A DNA stretch of 64,000 bases from Gemmatimonadota bacterium. GTDB taxonomy: Bacteria; JBHIER01; G020348925. The notes beneath the pieces are model-generated. The model was not told where the DNA came from and did not search any database. It saw only the letters and a program-made list of their open reading frames with translations. Both the position numbers and the translations under genes were made by a program. The stretch covers positions 1,196,469 through 1,260,468 of the forward strand of contig CP070758.1 in the NCBI GenBank assembly GCA_020348925.1. The letters are read 5' to 3'. Positions 1-10,928 of the stretch are shown piece by piece (the stretch's first letter is position 1; each line of letters opens with the position of its first letter).

Positions 1-2021
1 TAGGTACCGGGAACCGCGCTGATCTCCTCGGGGAAACCGCTCTCATGACCGCGAACATCGAAAGCGGTTATGTTCAAATGATACGTTCTTCCATTTTGCA
101 GGCCTGAAAGAACACAGCTCGAATCACGTGCGGAGGGAACCACTACAGGCGATTGCCCTTGGGCCGCATCGTTTCCGAGATAGGGAGGTCCAGGGCCATC
201 CGAATCGTAGTATATATGATACCCCAACGTCCTGGGATCCTCACTGGGAGACCAGTTCAAATAGATTTTCTCCTCCTGTCCCTCAGCCCTGAGATCGAAT
301 GGAGGAAGAACACCGACCCCTGCCCAGAAGGTATCGGCCCGCTCTACGCGCGTCGTAAATGAGAGCGAATCCGTTGCCACGACGCTCAAGAAATATTGCT
401 GGAGATTGGACGTCAGCAACCAGCGGTTTCCGAAAAGAGAATCGCCCGGAAGATCATCCTCATGAAATCCATCATCATAGAGACGGAGAGAATCAACCGC
501 TGTCCGCTTGGAGGACACAAAGACCGCCTGCACTTCGGAGATCCCGTCGTGATCGTAACATTCGACGGTCACCATCACCCGGGAGGTGTCCGGAGAGAAC
601 GGCTCAACACTCACGGCGACGTCCCCAATTTTGGGATGAAGTCTCGTCAGCGCGTTCTGAGAGAGGGCGTTCGCCAATCCCGCATTCGCCAACAGATCCT
701 CCGAATCCTCACCCATGACCAGGGCCCACCGGAAGAGGGTTGTATCCTCTGCGTCCAGATCAAAGGGACCGGCGGACATCAGAAAAGCGCAGTCGAGACC
801 AGTGGGAAAATGAGTTCGAACCGTCTCCCACGCATCGAAATGAGGATCAAGCTGCCCGAATGCATCGGGGTGAAAGTAGGCCGCGTGTTCCTGGGGCTCC
901 AAATCAGTCGTATCCCCACTCAGGACGGCATATTGAATTCGCTCCTGTCTCTCAGGAATGACAACACCAGGCCGCTCCTCCCAGTGGAACCAGTGCCAGT
1001 CGGTCAGACCCACATTGCCCGGTGTCATCAGAAACTGAATCCCAGCGTGCACTCTGTAAGCCTGAGCATTGCTTGCAGGCCAGTCCTCACTTCCCCAGCG
1101 GTAATCGTAAATGTACCCAAGATCGAACTCCCGGTTCAATGCCAGCCAATCCGCCCGGTCGTTGATGATACCATCGCGATCATACTCCGGGATATCAGCA
1201 TCGAAGAAGACACCGACGTAAAGTCCCGCGTAGTCATGGCGGCTGCGATTGATAATATCCATCGAGTAGATGATGAAATCCTCATAGGGATGATCAAAAG
1301 CATGAAGAGAAACGTCCAATTGGATATCGAGCGGATAGCCCTGCTCGGTTCGGTCATCGCGGCTCGCATAGGGCCCGTCGGTGATACTGAAGAAGAGGTC
1401 TTCATCGGAGATGAAACGACCCTCTGACACGTGACCGGAGCGAGGATCAACGCCCCAGGGGCCGGGCCACCTTCTTTTTCCATATGCATCCAGCGGCCAA
1501 GATGTCGGAAACGTGCTCGTGGCGACCAAAGAGAGGAAGCCTAAGGGTGCATTGGGCACAACATCTTCGACCAGAGCGTCCCCCGAATGGAGCACCCCCA
1601 GAGAGGTTGGGCGAGGGCCCCAATCGGACTCGTCGGTGCCGCCGTGGAGCTCGGCTTCAGACACCGTCGGACCCATACTCACGAACTCATGCGTCTGCTC
1701 GCTCCAGTATTCTGGCGTCCACGGCCCTACCGGCGCACCGATCCAAACATTGAACCCGGCAATATAGCCGTATCCTTTGTACCATCCCGACGGGAGCTCG
1801 GGAATCGTATAGAAGGACCAACCCCACGGCCCCAACAGTCCGTTGTTGAAAACAGTATGCTTCAACTCACCGACATCAACAAGACCTGCCGCCAAATCAC
1901 TATCATCAATCAGTGAAGATTTTTCCGATGCGAGCTCGGTGTTCTGAAGATCACGTGAGTCAGAGTGAACATAGAAAGAGGAAAGGCAGACGAAACATAG
2001 GAGATATTTTAGAATTTTCAT
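1..2021 (-). CDS. Large secreted protein (3' end outside window) with choice-of-anchor X-like motif and fibronectin type III domain
   Basis: Not in the ORF track. Segments translated by hand from ATG at 2021 (MKILKYLLCFVCLSSFYVHS, signal-peptide-like) share one frame and contain 'LYDDGFHEDDLPGDSLFG' and FN3-like 'LNWSPSEDPRTLGYHIYYD...LSGLQNGRTYHLNITAFDVRGHES'. The middle part was not fully translated. Confidence 0.8.
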   Translation of the reverse strand, partial: MKILKYLLCFVCLSSFYVHSDSRDLQNTELASEKSSLIDDSDLAAGLVDVGELKHTVFNNGLLGPWGWSFYTIPELPSGWYKGYGYIAGFNVWIGAPVGPWTPEYWSEQTHEFVSMGPTVSEAELHGGTDESDWGPRPTSLGVLHSGDALVEDVVPNAPLGFLSLVATSTFPTSWPLDAYGKRRWPGPWGVDPRSGHVSEGRFISDEDLFFSITDGPYASRDDRTEQGYPLDIQLDVSLHAFDHPYEDFIIYSMDIINRSRHDYAGLYVGVFFDADIPEYDRDGIINDRADWLALNREFDLGYIYDYRWGSEDWPASNAQAYRVHAGIQFLMTPGNVGLTDWHWFHWEERPGVVIPERQERIQYAVLSGDTTDLEPQEHAAYFHPDAFGQLDPHFDAWETVRTHFPTGLDCAFLMSAGPFDLDAEDTTLFRWALVMGEDSEDLLANAGLANALSQNALTRLHPKIGDVAVSVEPFSPDTSRVMVTVECYDHDGISEVQAVFVSSKRTAVDSLRLYDDGFHEDDLPGDSLFGNRWLLTSNLQQYFLSVVATDSLSFTTRVERADTFWAGVGVLPPFDLRAEGQEEKIYLNWSPSEDPRTLGYHIYYDSDGPGPPYLGNDAAQGQSPVVVPSARDSSCVLSGLQNGRTYHLNITAFDVRGHESGFPEEISAVPGT

Positions 2022-2064
2022 GAGAATAATATCGGATTCGAACACATCAGAAATTGCGACAGAA

Positions 2065-3018
2065 TCACATACTCTTGAAACGGTGGCGATCCGTCGAAGT
2101 TCCCCTCACCCGGCCAAGAACCACTCTTTCGATGCCGCTCAAATCTTCAATGAGCTCAATCTCCTTGAAGTCACCGGCGTCAATCATACGTTGGCGGACA
2201 AGGGGCGCCTGTCCCCACCCTACTTCCAGAGCGAGGAGCCCGTTCCGTCTCAGAAAGAGCGGTGCCTCGACAATCACTCTTCTGAGCACATCCAGGCCGT
2301 CCTCCCCTCCATAGAGGGCCAGGCGCGGTTCAAAATCCCGTACTTCCGGGGCGAGGTTCTCGATCTCCGAGGTCACAATATACGGGGGATTGCAGACAAC
2401 GGCCTTCACGTTACCTTGAATACCGATCCCCTGCAACGGTTTAAAGAGATCCCCGCAGAGAAAAGAGATGCACTGTGAAAGACCGTACATTTCACAATTC
2501 TCCTCAGCAACGGAAAGTGCCTCTGAAGAGATATCCGTGGCGTATACGTGAGCTGTAGGAAATGTTTTGGCCAGGGCAACGGCGACATTACCACAACCGG
2601 TGCACATATCTATGAAGATGTCCCTATCATCAATCGAGGATACGGTCCGAAGTTTCTTTATCGTCTCCTCGACCAAAATTTCTGTCTCGGGTCGCGGGAT
2701 AAATACACCATCATTGACCGTGAGATCAAAATCGAGAAACTGAGAGGTCCCAGTGATATATTGAAGAGGCGTATGGGCAAGACGCCTCCTCAGAGACTCT
2801 TTGAGTGTCAGGATGTGGTTGTGGGCGAGTCTTCGATCCGGGGCAAGGTGAAGGTCGACGCGCCGACATGAGAGAACCCAGCACAGGAGCTGCTCAGCAT
2901 TGGAGTTAGGATTTTCGAAGTTGTTCTGTGCCAAGTTCCCTGAGATCCATTGCAGGGCATCCCGTACCGTAATCCCATCCTCTTCAAGATGTTGCTGAGT
3001 TCCGGGCCATTGCATCAA
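2065..3018 (-). CDS. prmC: Release factor glutamine methyltransferase PrmC/HemK
   Basis: [28 protein letters not shown]-binding and NPPY motifs; directly downstream of and overlapping the prfA stop. Confidence 0.95.
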   Translation of the reverse strand: MMQWPGTQQHLEEDGITVRDALQWISGNLAQNNFENPNSNAEQLLCWVLSCRRVDLHLAPDRRLAHNHILTLKESLRRRLAHTPLQYITGTSQFLDFDLTVNDGVFIPRPETEILVEETIKKLRTVSSIDDRDIFIDMCTGCGNVAVALAKTFPTAHVYATDISSEALSVAEENCEMYGLSQCISFLCGDLFKPLQGIGIQGNVKAVVCNPPYIVTSEIENLAPEVRDFEPRLALYGGEDGLDVLRRVIVEAPLFLRRNGLLALEVGWGQAPLVRQRMIDAGDFKEIELIEDLSGIERVVLGRVRGTSTDRHRFKSM

Positions 3019-3575
3019 CTGGCCTTTTTCAAGCGCTCGGCACGATCGGCGACGGCCAGCGCTTCGATGAGTTCATCGAGATCACCATTGATGACTTCAT
3101 CCAGTTTGTGCAGGGTGAGCCCAACACGGTGATCGGTGACTCGGTTTTGAGGAAAATTATATGTCCGTATTTTAGCGCTTCTGTCCCCTGTCCCCACTTG
3201 AGATCTTCGGTCGGCAGCGATTTTCGATTTCTGTTCCCGGCGGGCCCGGTCCAACAGTCGAGCCCGGAGGACCTTCAAGGCTTTGTTTCGATTTTGCAGC
3301 TGCGAACGTTCCTCCTGGCATTGGACGACCAAGCCCGATGGAATATGGGTGATGCGGACGGCTGAATCGGCCGTATTAACGCTCTGCCCGCCCGGTCCGG
3401 AGGAGCGAAAGATATCAACCCGTAAATCCTTCTCGTCAACCTCGACATCGACTTCATCGGCCTCCGGCAGAACGGCTACTGAGGCTGCCGATGTATGAAT
3501 CCTCCCGCTCGATTCTGTGATTGGAACGCGCTGGACCCGATGGACACCGCTTTCGAACTTCAACCAGCTGTATCC
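3015..3575 (-). CDS. prfA: Peptide chain release factor 1, C-terminal part only
   Basis: [14 protein letters not shown], PxT motif (PIT), GGQ motif, [15 protein letters not shown]; homology ends near 3575, ~120 bp before the gap. Confidence 0.92.
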   Translation of the reverse strand, partial: GYSWLKFESGVHRVQRVPITESSGRIHTSAASVAVLPEADEVDVEVDEKDLRVDIFRSSGPGGQSVNTADSAVRITHIPSGLVVQCQEERSQLQNRNKALKVLRARLLDRARREQKSKIAADRRSQVGTGDRSAKIRTYNFPQNRVTDHRVGLTLHKLDEVINGDLDELIEALAVADRAERLKKAS

Positions 3576-3693
3576 TCTCAATCAATTCCAGTTCAAAACG
3601 CTCTTCAAATACCACCATTCTGCCCATCTGCACTACTGTTAAAATATCTAACGCATCATCATGAAACTTTTTCAATACGTCTTCACGATCCGC

Positions 3694-3793
3694 NNNNNNN
3701 NNNNNNNNNNNNNNNNNNNNNNNNNNNNNNNNNNNNNNNNNNNNNNNNNNNNNNNNNNNNNNNNNNNNNNNNNNNNNNNNNNNNNNNNNNNNN
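3694..3793. other. 100-N assembly spacer (others at 33698-33797, 36385-36484, 46046-46145, 49272-49371, 54749-54848)
   Basis: Exactly 100 N each; unrelated or opposite-strand gene fragments on either side of most gaps. Confidence 0.98.
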
Positions 3794-4705
3794 CTTGGGG
3801 GCAGAAGTCGAAGGCAGCGCAAGCCTTTGAAAGCGCCCCGTCCAAGGAGACGACTCACCTCTACAGAGGAGATACACAAAGCGCTTGTCATTGGTACTCG
3901 AGACTATGTTCGAAAAAATGGATTTCAGAAAGTCGTCATCGGTCTCAGCGGGGGAATCGACTCCGCCCTGACAGCTACCATTGCCGTTGACGCCGTGGGG
4001 TGTGGTAACGTCGTGGGCGTGACGATGCCATCCCAATATTCGTCAAAAGGGAGTGTCACCGACTCGGAGGCTCTGGCCAAAAATCTGGGAATTGAACTGA
4101 AACAGATCCCTATCGCAGAGCTTTTTGATGTATTCAAATCTACGCTCAAGAAAGAATTCGCTCTCCTGCCTGAGGATATCACTGAAGAAAACCTCCAAGC
4201 CCGTGTTCGGGGTGTCCTTCTTATGGCCCTCTCCAACAAGTTCGGCTGGCTCGTCCTGGCACCGGGAAACAAGAGCGAGATCAGCGTTGGCTATTGTACC
4301 CTTTATGGCGATATGGTGGGAGGCTTCGCCGTCATCAAGGACGTCCCCAAAACACTCGTGTACAAACTCGCCCGATACAGAAATAGGCTTGCCGGGAGAA
4401 AACTCATTCCCCGAAGGATCATCATCAAGGAACCCTCCGCCGAACTCAAGCCCGACCAGAGGGACGTGGATAGTTTGCCTCCGTATCACATTCTGGATCC
4501 CATCTTAGAGGCTTATGTCGAAGACGATAAAAGCATCCGGGAGATCGCCGACATGGGGTTCGATAAGAAGCTGGTGAGGCATATAATCCGGATGGTGGAT
4601 GCAAACGAATACAAACGCCGCCAGGGACCTCCCGGCATCAAGATCACGCCGCGAGCTTTCGGAAAAGATCGCCGGATCCCCATTACCAACTGGTACACGG
4701 ACTGA
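3794..4705 (+). CDS. nadE: NAD+ synthetase, synthetase domain (5' truncated by gap; probably glutamine-dependent form)
   Basis: [49 protein letters not shown] motifs. Confidence 0.93.
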   Translation, partial: LGGRSRRQRKPLKAPRPRRRLTSTEEIHKALVIGTRDYVRKNGFQKVVIGLSGGIDSALTATIAVDAVGCGNVVGVTMPSQYSSKGSVTDSEALAKNLGIELKQIPIAELFDVFKSTLKKEFALLPEDITEENLQARVRGVLLMALSNKFGWLVLAPGNKSEISVGYCTLYGDMVGGFAVIKDVPKTLVYKLARYRNRLAGRKLIPRRIIIKEPSAELKPDQRDVDSLPPYHILDPILEAYVEDDKSIREIADMGFDKKLVRHIIRMVDANEYKRRQGPPGIKITPRAFGKDRRIPITNWYTD

Positions 4706-4942
4706 CCCTTCATAGTTTCCCCACACACACTCTCTCTATAGTAGCACTTCTCATCTCCTTAAAGTTCATACATAAAGGAATATTCTTGAACTCCGAAAGA
4801 GGGGAACGGCCTCTGAAACGGAGTCTCATATTACACTTGACAACGACTTTTTTATATATACCTTTTGGCGTCAAAAGTCGTATTTTTGGGCGGAAGTACA
4901 AAATTTAAAACTCATGTATAATGCACACATGAAAATAGAAGC

Positions 4943-5027
4943 TGTCATTCCTGCGAATGCAGGAATCTCCTCGGTTTGCTCAACATACCCTCGATTAAGG
5001 AGACTCCGATATAAAACCGGAATGACA
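4943..5027. repeat. REP/RPE-like palindromic element
   Basis: TGTCATTCC...GGAATGACA outer inverted repeat with inner ATTCCTGC-GAAT-GCAGGAAT hairpin. Confidence 0.7.
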
Positions 5028-5165
5028 TTCAGACTTACGGGGGAAAGCAGAAACCAACGGAGTTCAAAAAACAATAACTTTCATAAGTCACATAAAAGTT
5101 GTAAGTTAAATTATAATCAAATAGATTTTATGAATAATTCAGGAACTATATAAAGGACGCGAAAC

Positions 5166-6395
5166 ATGCCATTTGATCCAAAACAGTTTTACAGAAAAAT
5201 GGAATCACTCTTGGCTGAAATAGATGCAACGGAGGATACGGATCAGCTTCTCGAGACGGTCTTGGACAAACTCGTTCAGACTTTTGGCGAGGAGTTGCTG
5301 ATTCACAACGGCAGGCTCTACATTGGTGAGGGGGATGGATTCGTTCTAACAAAAACGATCACCGAAAACGAAGATAATCTCATCGGTCTGAAAATACCTC
5401 TCTCATATCCTCCCATGCAACTTCTCTTGCAGAACCGGATGTATATCTACGACCAATCCACACCGGGTCTCGACTCACAGTTGGAGGAGCGTTTAGGGGG
5501 CGTGTTCTCCGTAGCGATTTTAGTTGCAGGTCCTGACCATCAGTACATTTTGGCGTTCGGACTGAGGGAAGGATGGAACAGGGAGATTCTGGAGTTTTCC
5601 TTGAACACGATTCGCAATCTCATCAACCACCGCTTCGTGGAAGTGCGGTTCCAGTCGAAGCTCATGGAGGCAAAAGAGATTCAGCAAAGTTTATTGCCCC
5701 CTCCCCAGTATTCTTTTTACGGATTCGATATTTATGCTTCATCGATTCCAGCTGAAGAGGTAGGTGGCGATTTTTACGACTTCATCCCCATTACTGGACA
5801 AAATCTGGGGATCGCCATCGGCGATTCCAGTGGGCACGGACTGACGGCGGCTTTACAGGTGCGCGACGTCGTGACCGGTCTCCGTATGGGTATCGAAAAG
5901 GATTTTAAAGTCACAAGTGTCATTGAACGGTTGAACCGGGTCATCCACAAAAGTAGCCTGTCGACCCGTTTCATCTCTCTCTTCTTCGGCGAGCTGGACG
6001 AGAACGGCGATCTGTTCTATATTAACGCCGGTCATGTACCGCCCATACTCTTTGACACCGGGACAGTTTCAACTCTGACCGTTGGAGGTTTACCCCTCGG
6101 ACCGACCCCCGAGAGCAACTATCGCCGGGGATATGTTCATCTGAATCCCGGATCCATATTGCTTTGCTACACCGATGGAATTGAAGAACGATCAAACGCT
6201 AAGAAGGTTCAGTTTGGTGTGGAACGTATCACGCGCCTCGTCCAGGAGAAGATGGACCTCTCTTCAGAGCTCTTGGTTCAATCCGTCATGGATGAGGCCG
6301 ATATCTTTGGTCAGAAAGCCGAATGGGACGACGATGCCACGGTAATTGCGATTAAGAGAACGGGCCAGGAGGTGTGTTCGGAGGGGATTCTATAG
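5166..6395 (+). CDS. SpoIIE/RsbU-family PP2C phosphatase with N-terminal GAF-like region
   Basis: AKEIQQSLLP, VGGDFYDF, IGDSSGHG, YINAGH, YTDGIEE, DDATVI motifs. Confidence 0.92.
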   Translation: MPFDPKQFYRKMESLLAEIDATEDTDQLLETVLDKLVQTFGEELLIHNGRLYIGEGDGFVLTKTITENEDNLIGLKIPLSYPPMQLLLQNRMYIYDQSTPGLDSQLEERLGGVFSVAILVAGPDHQYILAFGLREGWNREILEFSLNTIRNLINHRFVEVRFQSKLMEAKEIQQSLLPPPQYSFYGFDIYASSIPAEEVGGDFYDFIPITGQNLGIAIGDSSGHGLTAALQVRDVVTGLRMGIEKDFKVTSVIERLNRVIHKSSLSTRFISLFFGELDENGDLFYINAGHVPPILFDTGTVSTLTVGGLPLGPTPESNYRRGYVHLNPGSILLCYTDGIEERSNAKKVQFGVERITRLVQEKMDLSSELLVQSVMDEADIFGQKAEWDDDATVIAIKRTGQEVCSEGIL

Positions 6396-6695
6396 GGCAG
6401 CCCTCGACAATCCAGCCTTTGAATGTGCGCGGTTCATCAGATCCAATTCTTAAAAACCCAAAGTGAAGTTCTCAAAGAAAACATCACTCTCACATGTATT
6501 ACATCAGTGCATATTCCTGGCGAAAATTCGCAATCTGCTCAGATTCAAGGAAATGTACTGAAACAATATCTGACATGCGACTATAAGTGGCTTAGTATAG
6601 AAATGTAAATCAGAATTTATACACAATAGATAATTGAATGTTAGATCCAATTCTCGTATTTCTTTTCTCGCCGTCAACAAACATCAAAATAACGC

Positions 6696-7105
6696 TTGAC
6701 ATATAAAAAAACCGGATCCTTTGCATCTGTCGTGATTGAGCTGGACAATTGGATCCACGAAGCCCAAGACAGCGGTATCCCGGAAGGGCAAAAGGTGGCT
6801 GACACCTTTGTTCGTTGGAAACCAGAGATCCTCAATTTCTTGGTCTATCGCATCAACAATGCTGTCACCGAAGGCAAGATCAACAGGATCAAAACGATCA
6901 GGCATTGGGCTTACAATTACAACAACTTTGAGAACATTTGCCTCAAGATCTTGGAAGCAGAGTAGTCGACTCGTCTGTCAAAGAACAAAGAACTCCTTAC
7001 TACCGCTCTGACGATAAGGGGAGTTAGTACATCTAAAGAAAATCACGACAGGCGAAAAAACAGTACACCAAAACTACATAACTTTCACAACAGATGACAG
7101 AGACC
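6696..7105 (+). mobile_element. ISL3-family transposase 3' remnant with possible right end
   Basis: 'TFVRWKPEILNFLVYRINNAVTEGKINRIKTIRHWAYNYNNFEN' resembles the DDE_Tnp_ISL3 C-terminus; '...CACAACAGATGACAGAGACC' resembles an ISL3 terminal repeat. Confidence 0.75.
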
Positions 7106-7424
7106 TGAAAATTTATTGACAATTCTACATTTAATGTGTAATTTAAATCCTGTAGAAGTCGGTTCAACACCTATGGTGTGAGTGAACAAGGAGGTGACGA
7201 ATGGACCAAATTGTTACTTTCTACCCGCTCACGGAAGTTATAACCTTATTAATCTTTAGCATTATTGTTGATTTCATCGTAAAGCTTTTTGATAATGAGA
7301 TGTTGTAGATAACTGATACTTGTGTTTGAATGCTAAGGTTACTTTAGACGCATCAGAATCGTGGTCGAAGGAAAGATATCCTTTGAACGAATTGAAAACA
7401 TCCCTCAAAGAAAAGAGCAGAAAA

Positions 7425-10172
7425 ATGATGACCCGAAATATCGTTTTGCAGAAAAATTGGGAATATTTGCTTCGATTGATTCCGTTCGTTTTATTTGCCC
7501 TCCAATGTTCCATGCTCTCGACCGCCCACACCCAGCCATTGGACGCGAGGAATATACAGGTCACTTTTGATCCCTCTCATAAAAAACTGACGACGTATAA
7601 GGAGTATTTGGAGAGATCCTCCCCTCCGACTCCATTTCGTGTGGACAAACTCTACGAGACGCTGAAAGAAGGAAAAATGAGCCGCAGTCAACAGACCGGT
7701 AAAGTGTTGGTAATTGTCAATTCCTCTATTCAATCGGGTATTCAGGCATCGTTAGATCTATATGTGATTGATTTGGAAAGGGAGGGTTATGATGTCACAG
7801 TGTGGGCGACCTCGGGTGGAAATCACAATAGTATTAAGAACCACATATTATCAGAGTCTACAAATCTCGTCGGTGTTGTTTTAATCGGTGATGTTCCCGT
7901 CCCGTGGTTTGAAATGTATTACGATTATGACATTGATAATGATTGGGATGGAGAAATTGATGAGGACCCGATTGATGGGGTGGATAACGATGGGGACGGG
8001 GAGATCGATGAAGATCCCCCTTACGATAATGACGGAGATGGCCAATATAACGAGGACCACATCGACGGGATCGACAACGACGGCGATGGCTTGTTTGATG
8101 AAGATACCTATGATGGGGGCTATTCGGAGTTTCCCTGCGACCTGTTTTACATGGATTTGGATGGAACCTGGGACGATAAGGATGCCGACGGTCTTTTAGA
8201 TGGCCATCGCGATAATTCGGCCGACGTTGGACCAGATATATGGCTGGGCCGACTCACTCCTTCGCCGATGACGTTCGGGGGAGCTAATGAGGTCACCCTC
8301 TTGAACAACTATTTTCGGAAAAACCACGACTACAGAATGGGCACGTTGACGGCCAACGAGAGGGCGTTGGTTTACGTGGACGATGATTGGGAGCATTGGG
8401 CAGATGATATTAATGACAATATGAAGTTGGTCTATTCTACAACTGGGCTGGTCAGAGGCAAGGTACAGACCTGCGGGACCGACTACGTTGTCCGACTGAC
8501 GGCGGATTACGAATGGATACACGTTATGGTCCACTCCTCCTGGGAGAACCATCATTTTAAAATCAGAGATGGCTGGGAACTGGTGACGAATACCGATATT
8601 CAGGGAATCGATCCTGTGGCTCTTTTCTACAATCTTTTTGCCTGCTCCAATTGCCGATACGTGGAGGCGGATTATATGGGAGGGTGGTACATTTTTGTCG
8701 AAGAACATGGCCTGGGTGCGGTGGGGAGCACGAAAAGCGGAAGCATGCTATACTTTGAGTCTTTCTATGAACCGCTGGGTCAGGGAGCAAGTATAGGGGA
8801 AGCGTATCAACAATGGTTTGAATTCATCTTATCGTTGTGGGCTGACAACGACTGGCAGCTTTATATGCAAGGCTGGTTTTACGGTATGACGCTGCTCGGT
8901 GATCCGACTTTGACTCTCGAACAAACATTTTTTGACCCTGATATTCATGTATCAGCTACAAGTTATAATTACGGGGATATGCTCGTAGAAACTTCCAGCG
9001 ACTGGGTATTCGATGTCTCCAATGTGGGAGCATCTGACTTGATGATCACGAATATCACTTCCGACCATTCAAACTTTGAGATTACGTCTCCCGGTTTTCC
9101 TCAAACGGTTTCACCTGGGGATGAGATCAGTGTAACTGTCACTTTCACCCCCTCAACCACCGGCATGAAAACAGGCCACCTCAGTATCACCAGCAATGAC
9201 CTCGCTGAACCGACTTTAAATGTAACCGTAGTCGGAAAAGGCGTGGTTCCGGATATCCGCATCAGACCTGAGGCGTTGGACGAGACGGTTGTGGAAGGTG
9301 GGATGATGACGACCGAACTGACGATTACCAATCGGGGCGATTGGGACCTGACCTTTCAGATCACCGAAACGATAGACTGGGTCGAAGTGGATCCGGCTTC
9401 TGGGACGGTTGCCGCTGATGGTAACCAACCTGTTGAGGTAGTCATTGATGCAACGGCTCTGTCCCCCAGTGAGCGCACTGGAAAAGTGACTGTCATTTGT
9501 AATGATCCTGATGAGCCTGAATGTATAGTTCCCATATACCTGAAGGTTGAAGCTGCCCGCGTCATCGTCAGTCTGCCCACGACCAGTATCCTACCCGGAG
9601 AAACCGCTCACATCTCCCTTGGTACGGATAACCTGACGTGGCTTGATGTACCTATCGGTCGTATTGAAATGGAGCTTACCTTTGACGACAGCTTCCTGGA
9701 AGTAGCTGACATAACACCGGGAGAACGCGCCCAGCATATGGGCAATTTTGAATGGAGCCTTCCTGACCCCGGTGTGATATCTTTGGCCATGTACGACGAG
9801 TCGGAGAATGTGATTGAGCCCGGCACAGGTGCGGTGGCGGAAATATCCTTTGTTGTGAGTGAAGAGGCTGCTTACGGTGCCAGTTCTTTGATTACAATTG
9901 TGGAGACAACTCTTACAGATGAAAATGGAGAAATTCTTAGTGTCGAGTCGGTGAACGGTATGATCAGCCTGGGATTGAGGAGCGATGTGAACCTCAACGG
10001 AGGGGTTGACATTGTTGATGCGCTTCTTGCGGTGAACATTGTGCTCCAGATGATGACACCGACCGGTTACGAACAATGGGCCGCTGACTGCAACGGGGAC
10101 GGCGTGGTCAACATTATGGATGTACTGGGTATTGTCAACGTTGTTTTAGGGATCAGCACGTGTGAACCGTGA
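7425..10172 (+). CDS. Secreted C25 (gingipain-like) cysteine peptidase with acidic DxDxDG insert, choice-of-anchor D and BACON-like Ig domains, cohesin-like and C-terminal dockerin-like domains (copy 1)
   Basis: GVVLIGDVP, CDLFYMDLDG, PDIWLGRL, candidate His (VHSS) and Cys (LFACSN), GMTLLGDPTL; terminal 'DVNLNGGVDIVDALLAVNIVL...ADCNGDGVVNIMDVLGIVNVVLG'. ORF is open from 7320; ATG 7425 chosen. Confidence 0.8.
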   Translation: MMTRNIVLQKNWEYLLRLIPFVLFALQCSMLSTAHTQPLDARNIQVTFDPSHKKLTTYKEYLERSSPPTPFRVDKLYETLKEGKMSRSQQTGKVLVIVNSSIQSGIQASLDLYVIDLEREGYDVTVWATSGGNHNSIKNHILSESTNLVGVVLIGDVPVPWFEMYYDYDIDNDWDGEIDEDPIDGVDNDGDGEIDEDPPYDNDGDGQYNEDHIDGIDNDGDGLFDEDTYDGGYSEFPCDLFYMDLDGTWDDKDADGLLDGHRDNSADVGPDIWLGRLTPSPMTFGGANEVTLLNNYFRKNHDYRMGTLTANERALVYVDDDWEHWADDINDNMKLVYSTTGLVRGKVQTCGTDYVVRLTADYEWIHVMVHSSWENHHFKIRDGWELVTNTDIQGIDPVALFYNLFACSNCRYVEADYMGGWYIFVEEHGLGAVGSTKSGSMLYFESFYEPLGQGASIGEAYQQWFEFILSLWADNDWQLYMQGWFYGMTLLGDPTLTLEQTFFDPDIHVSATSYNYGDMLVETSSDWVFDVSNVGASDLMITNITSDHSNFEITSPGFPQTVSPGDEISVTVTFTPSTTGMKTGHLSITSNDLAEPTLNVTVVGKGVVPDIRIRPEALDETVVEGGMMTTELTITNRGDWDLTFQITETIDWVEVDPASGTVAADGNQPVEVVIDATALSPSERTGKVTVICNDPDEPECIVPIYLKVEAARVIVSLPTTSILPGETAHISLGTDNLTWLDVPIGRIEMELTFDDSFLEVADITPGERAQHMGNFEWSLPDPGVISLAMYDESENVIEPGTGAVAEISFVVSEEAAYGASSLITIVETTLTDENGEILSVESVNGMISLGLRSDVNLNGGVDIVDALLAVNIVLQMMTPTGYEQWAADCNGDGVVNIMDVLGIVNVVLGISTCEP

Positions 10173-10619
10173 TTTTTAAGAAAAAAGAATCACAATAAGA
10201 GTGCCGCTCTGGTCTTGATCGACCAGCATATGTATGCTGGTTGCTGGAGTCACAATTGGGCTGTATATCTCGGTACACGTTTCAAAACCTCTTCGACATT
10301 TACTGTTCGATAATCAATTTGAATGTGGATTTTCTGAGACACCCTGGTTGGGACAAATGTCCCTTTCTCTCCCTTCAAACGGGACACCTATTTCTACGAT
10401 CAATATTCGGAGACCGTTTGGCTACGCTACAAAGTATCATGTTTGCTGAGAGAATGCCATAAGGTGTTATGGAAAAAAGACGATTGCTCTTTGAAACGAA
10501 TAGAGTCCCCTCTTTAACTCAAACTTCTTTAAAAAATATAGAAATATTTGGACTAAAGCTGTACAAACTGTTCGTCACTTCGGCTAAATCCTTTCAATTT
10601 TTTGCATTTTAAAAATTGG

Positions 10620-10646
10620 TTGACAATACTACATTTTTGTTATAAT
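10620..10646 (+). promoter_or_regulatory. Sigma70-type promoter with extended -10, upstream of C25 copy 2 (homologous site near 7115-7142 for copy 1)
   Basis: TTGACA, 15-nt spacer, TGt-TATAAT; position conserved in the duplicated upstream region. Confidence 0.55.
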
Positions 10647-10928
10647 TTGGATTCTGTCTAAGTCAACTCAAGACGTACGGTGGGATTGAACAAGGAGGTG
10701 ATGAATAGCCAACCTGCTACTAACAAACAGCTTATAAAATTCACAATGCTGATAATCTTTGACACTCATTTTTTATTTCACAGAAGAGTGTTTTGATAAT
10801 GTGATGTAATAGATGACTGATACCTGTGTTTGAATCCCAAGGTTATTTTCAACGCAGCAAGATCGTGTTCGAAGGAAAGATATCCTTTGAACGAATCGAA
10901 AACATCCCTCAACAAATGGAGCAGAAAA

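Noticed and set aside
396-1427. 343-aa plus-strand ORF and other short plus-strand ORFs in 1-2000
   Set aside because: Antisense shadow of the minus-strand secreted protein, which has recognisable motifs
7201-7308. Type I toxin (Fst-like) call for the hydrophobic uORF
   Set aside because: Lacks the APxxxG motif and an evident antisense terminator, and is not conserved in the paralogous leader
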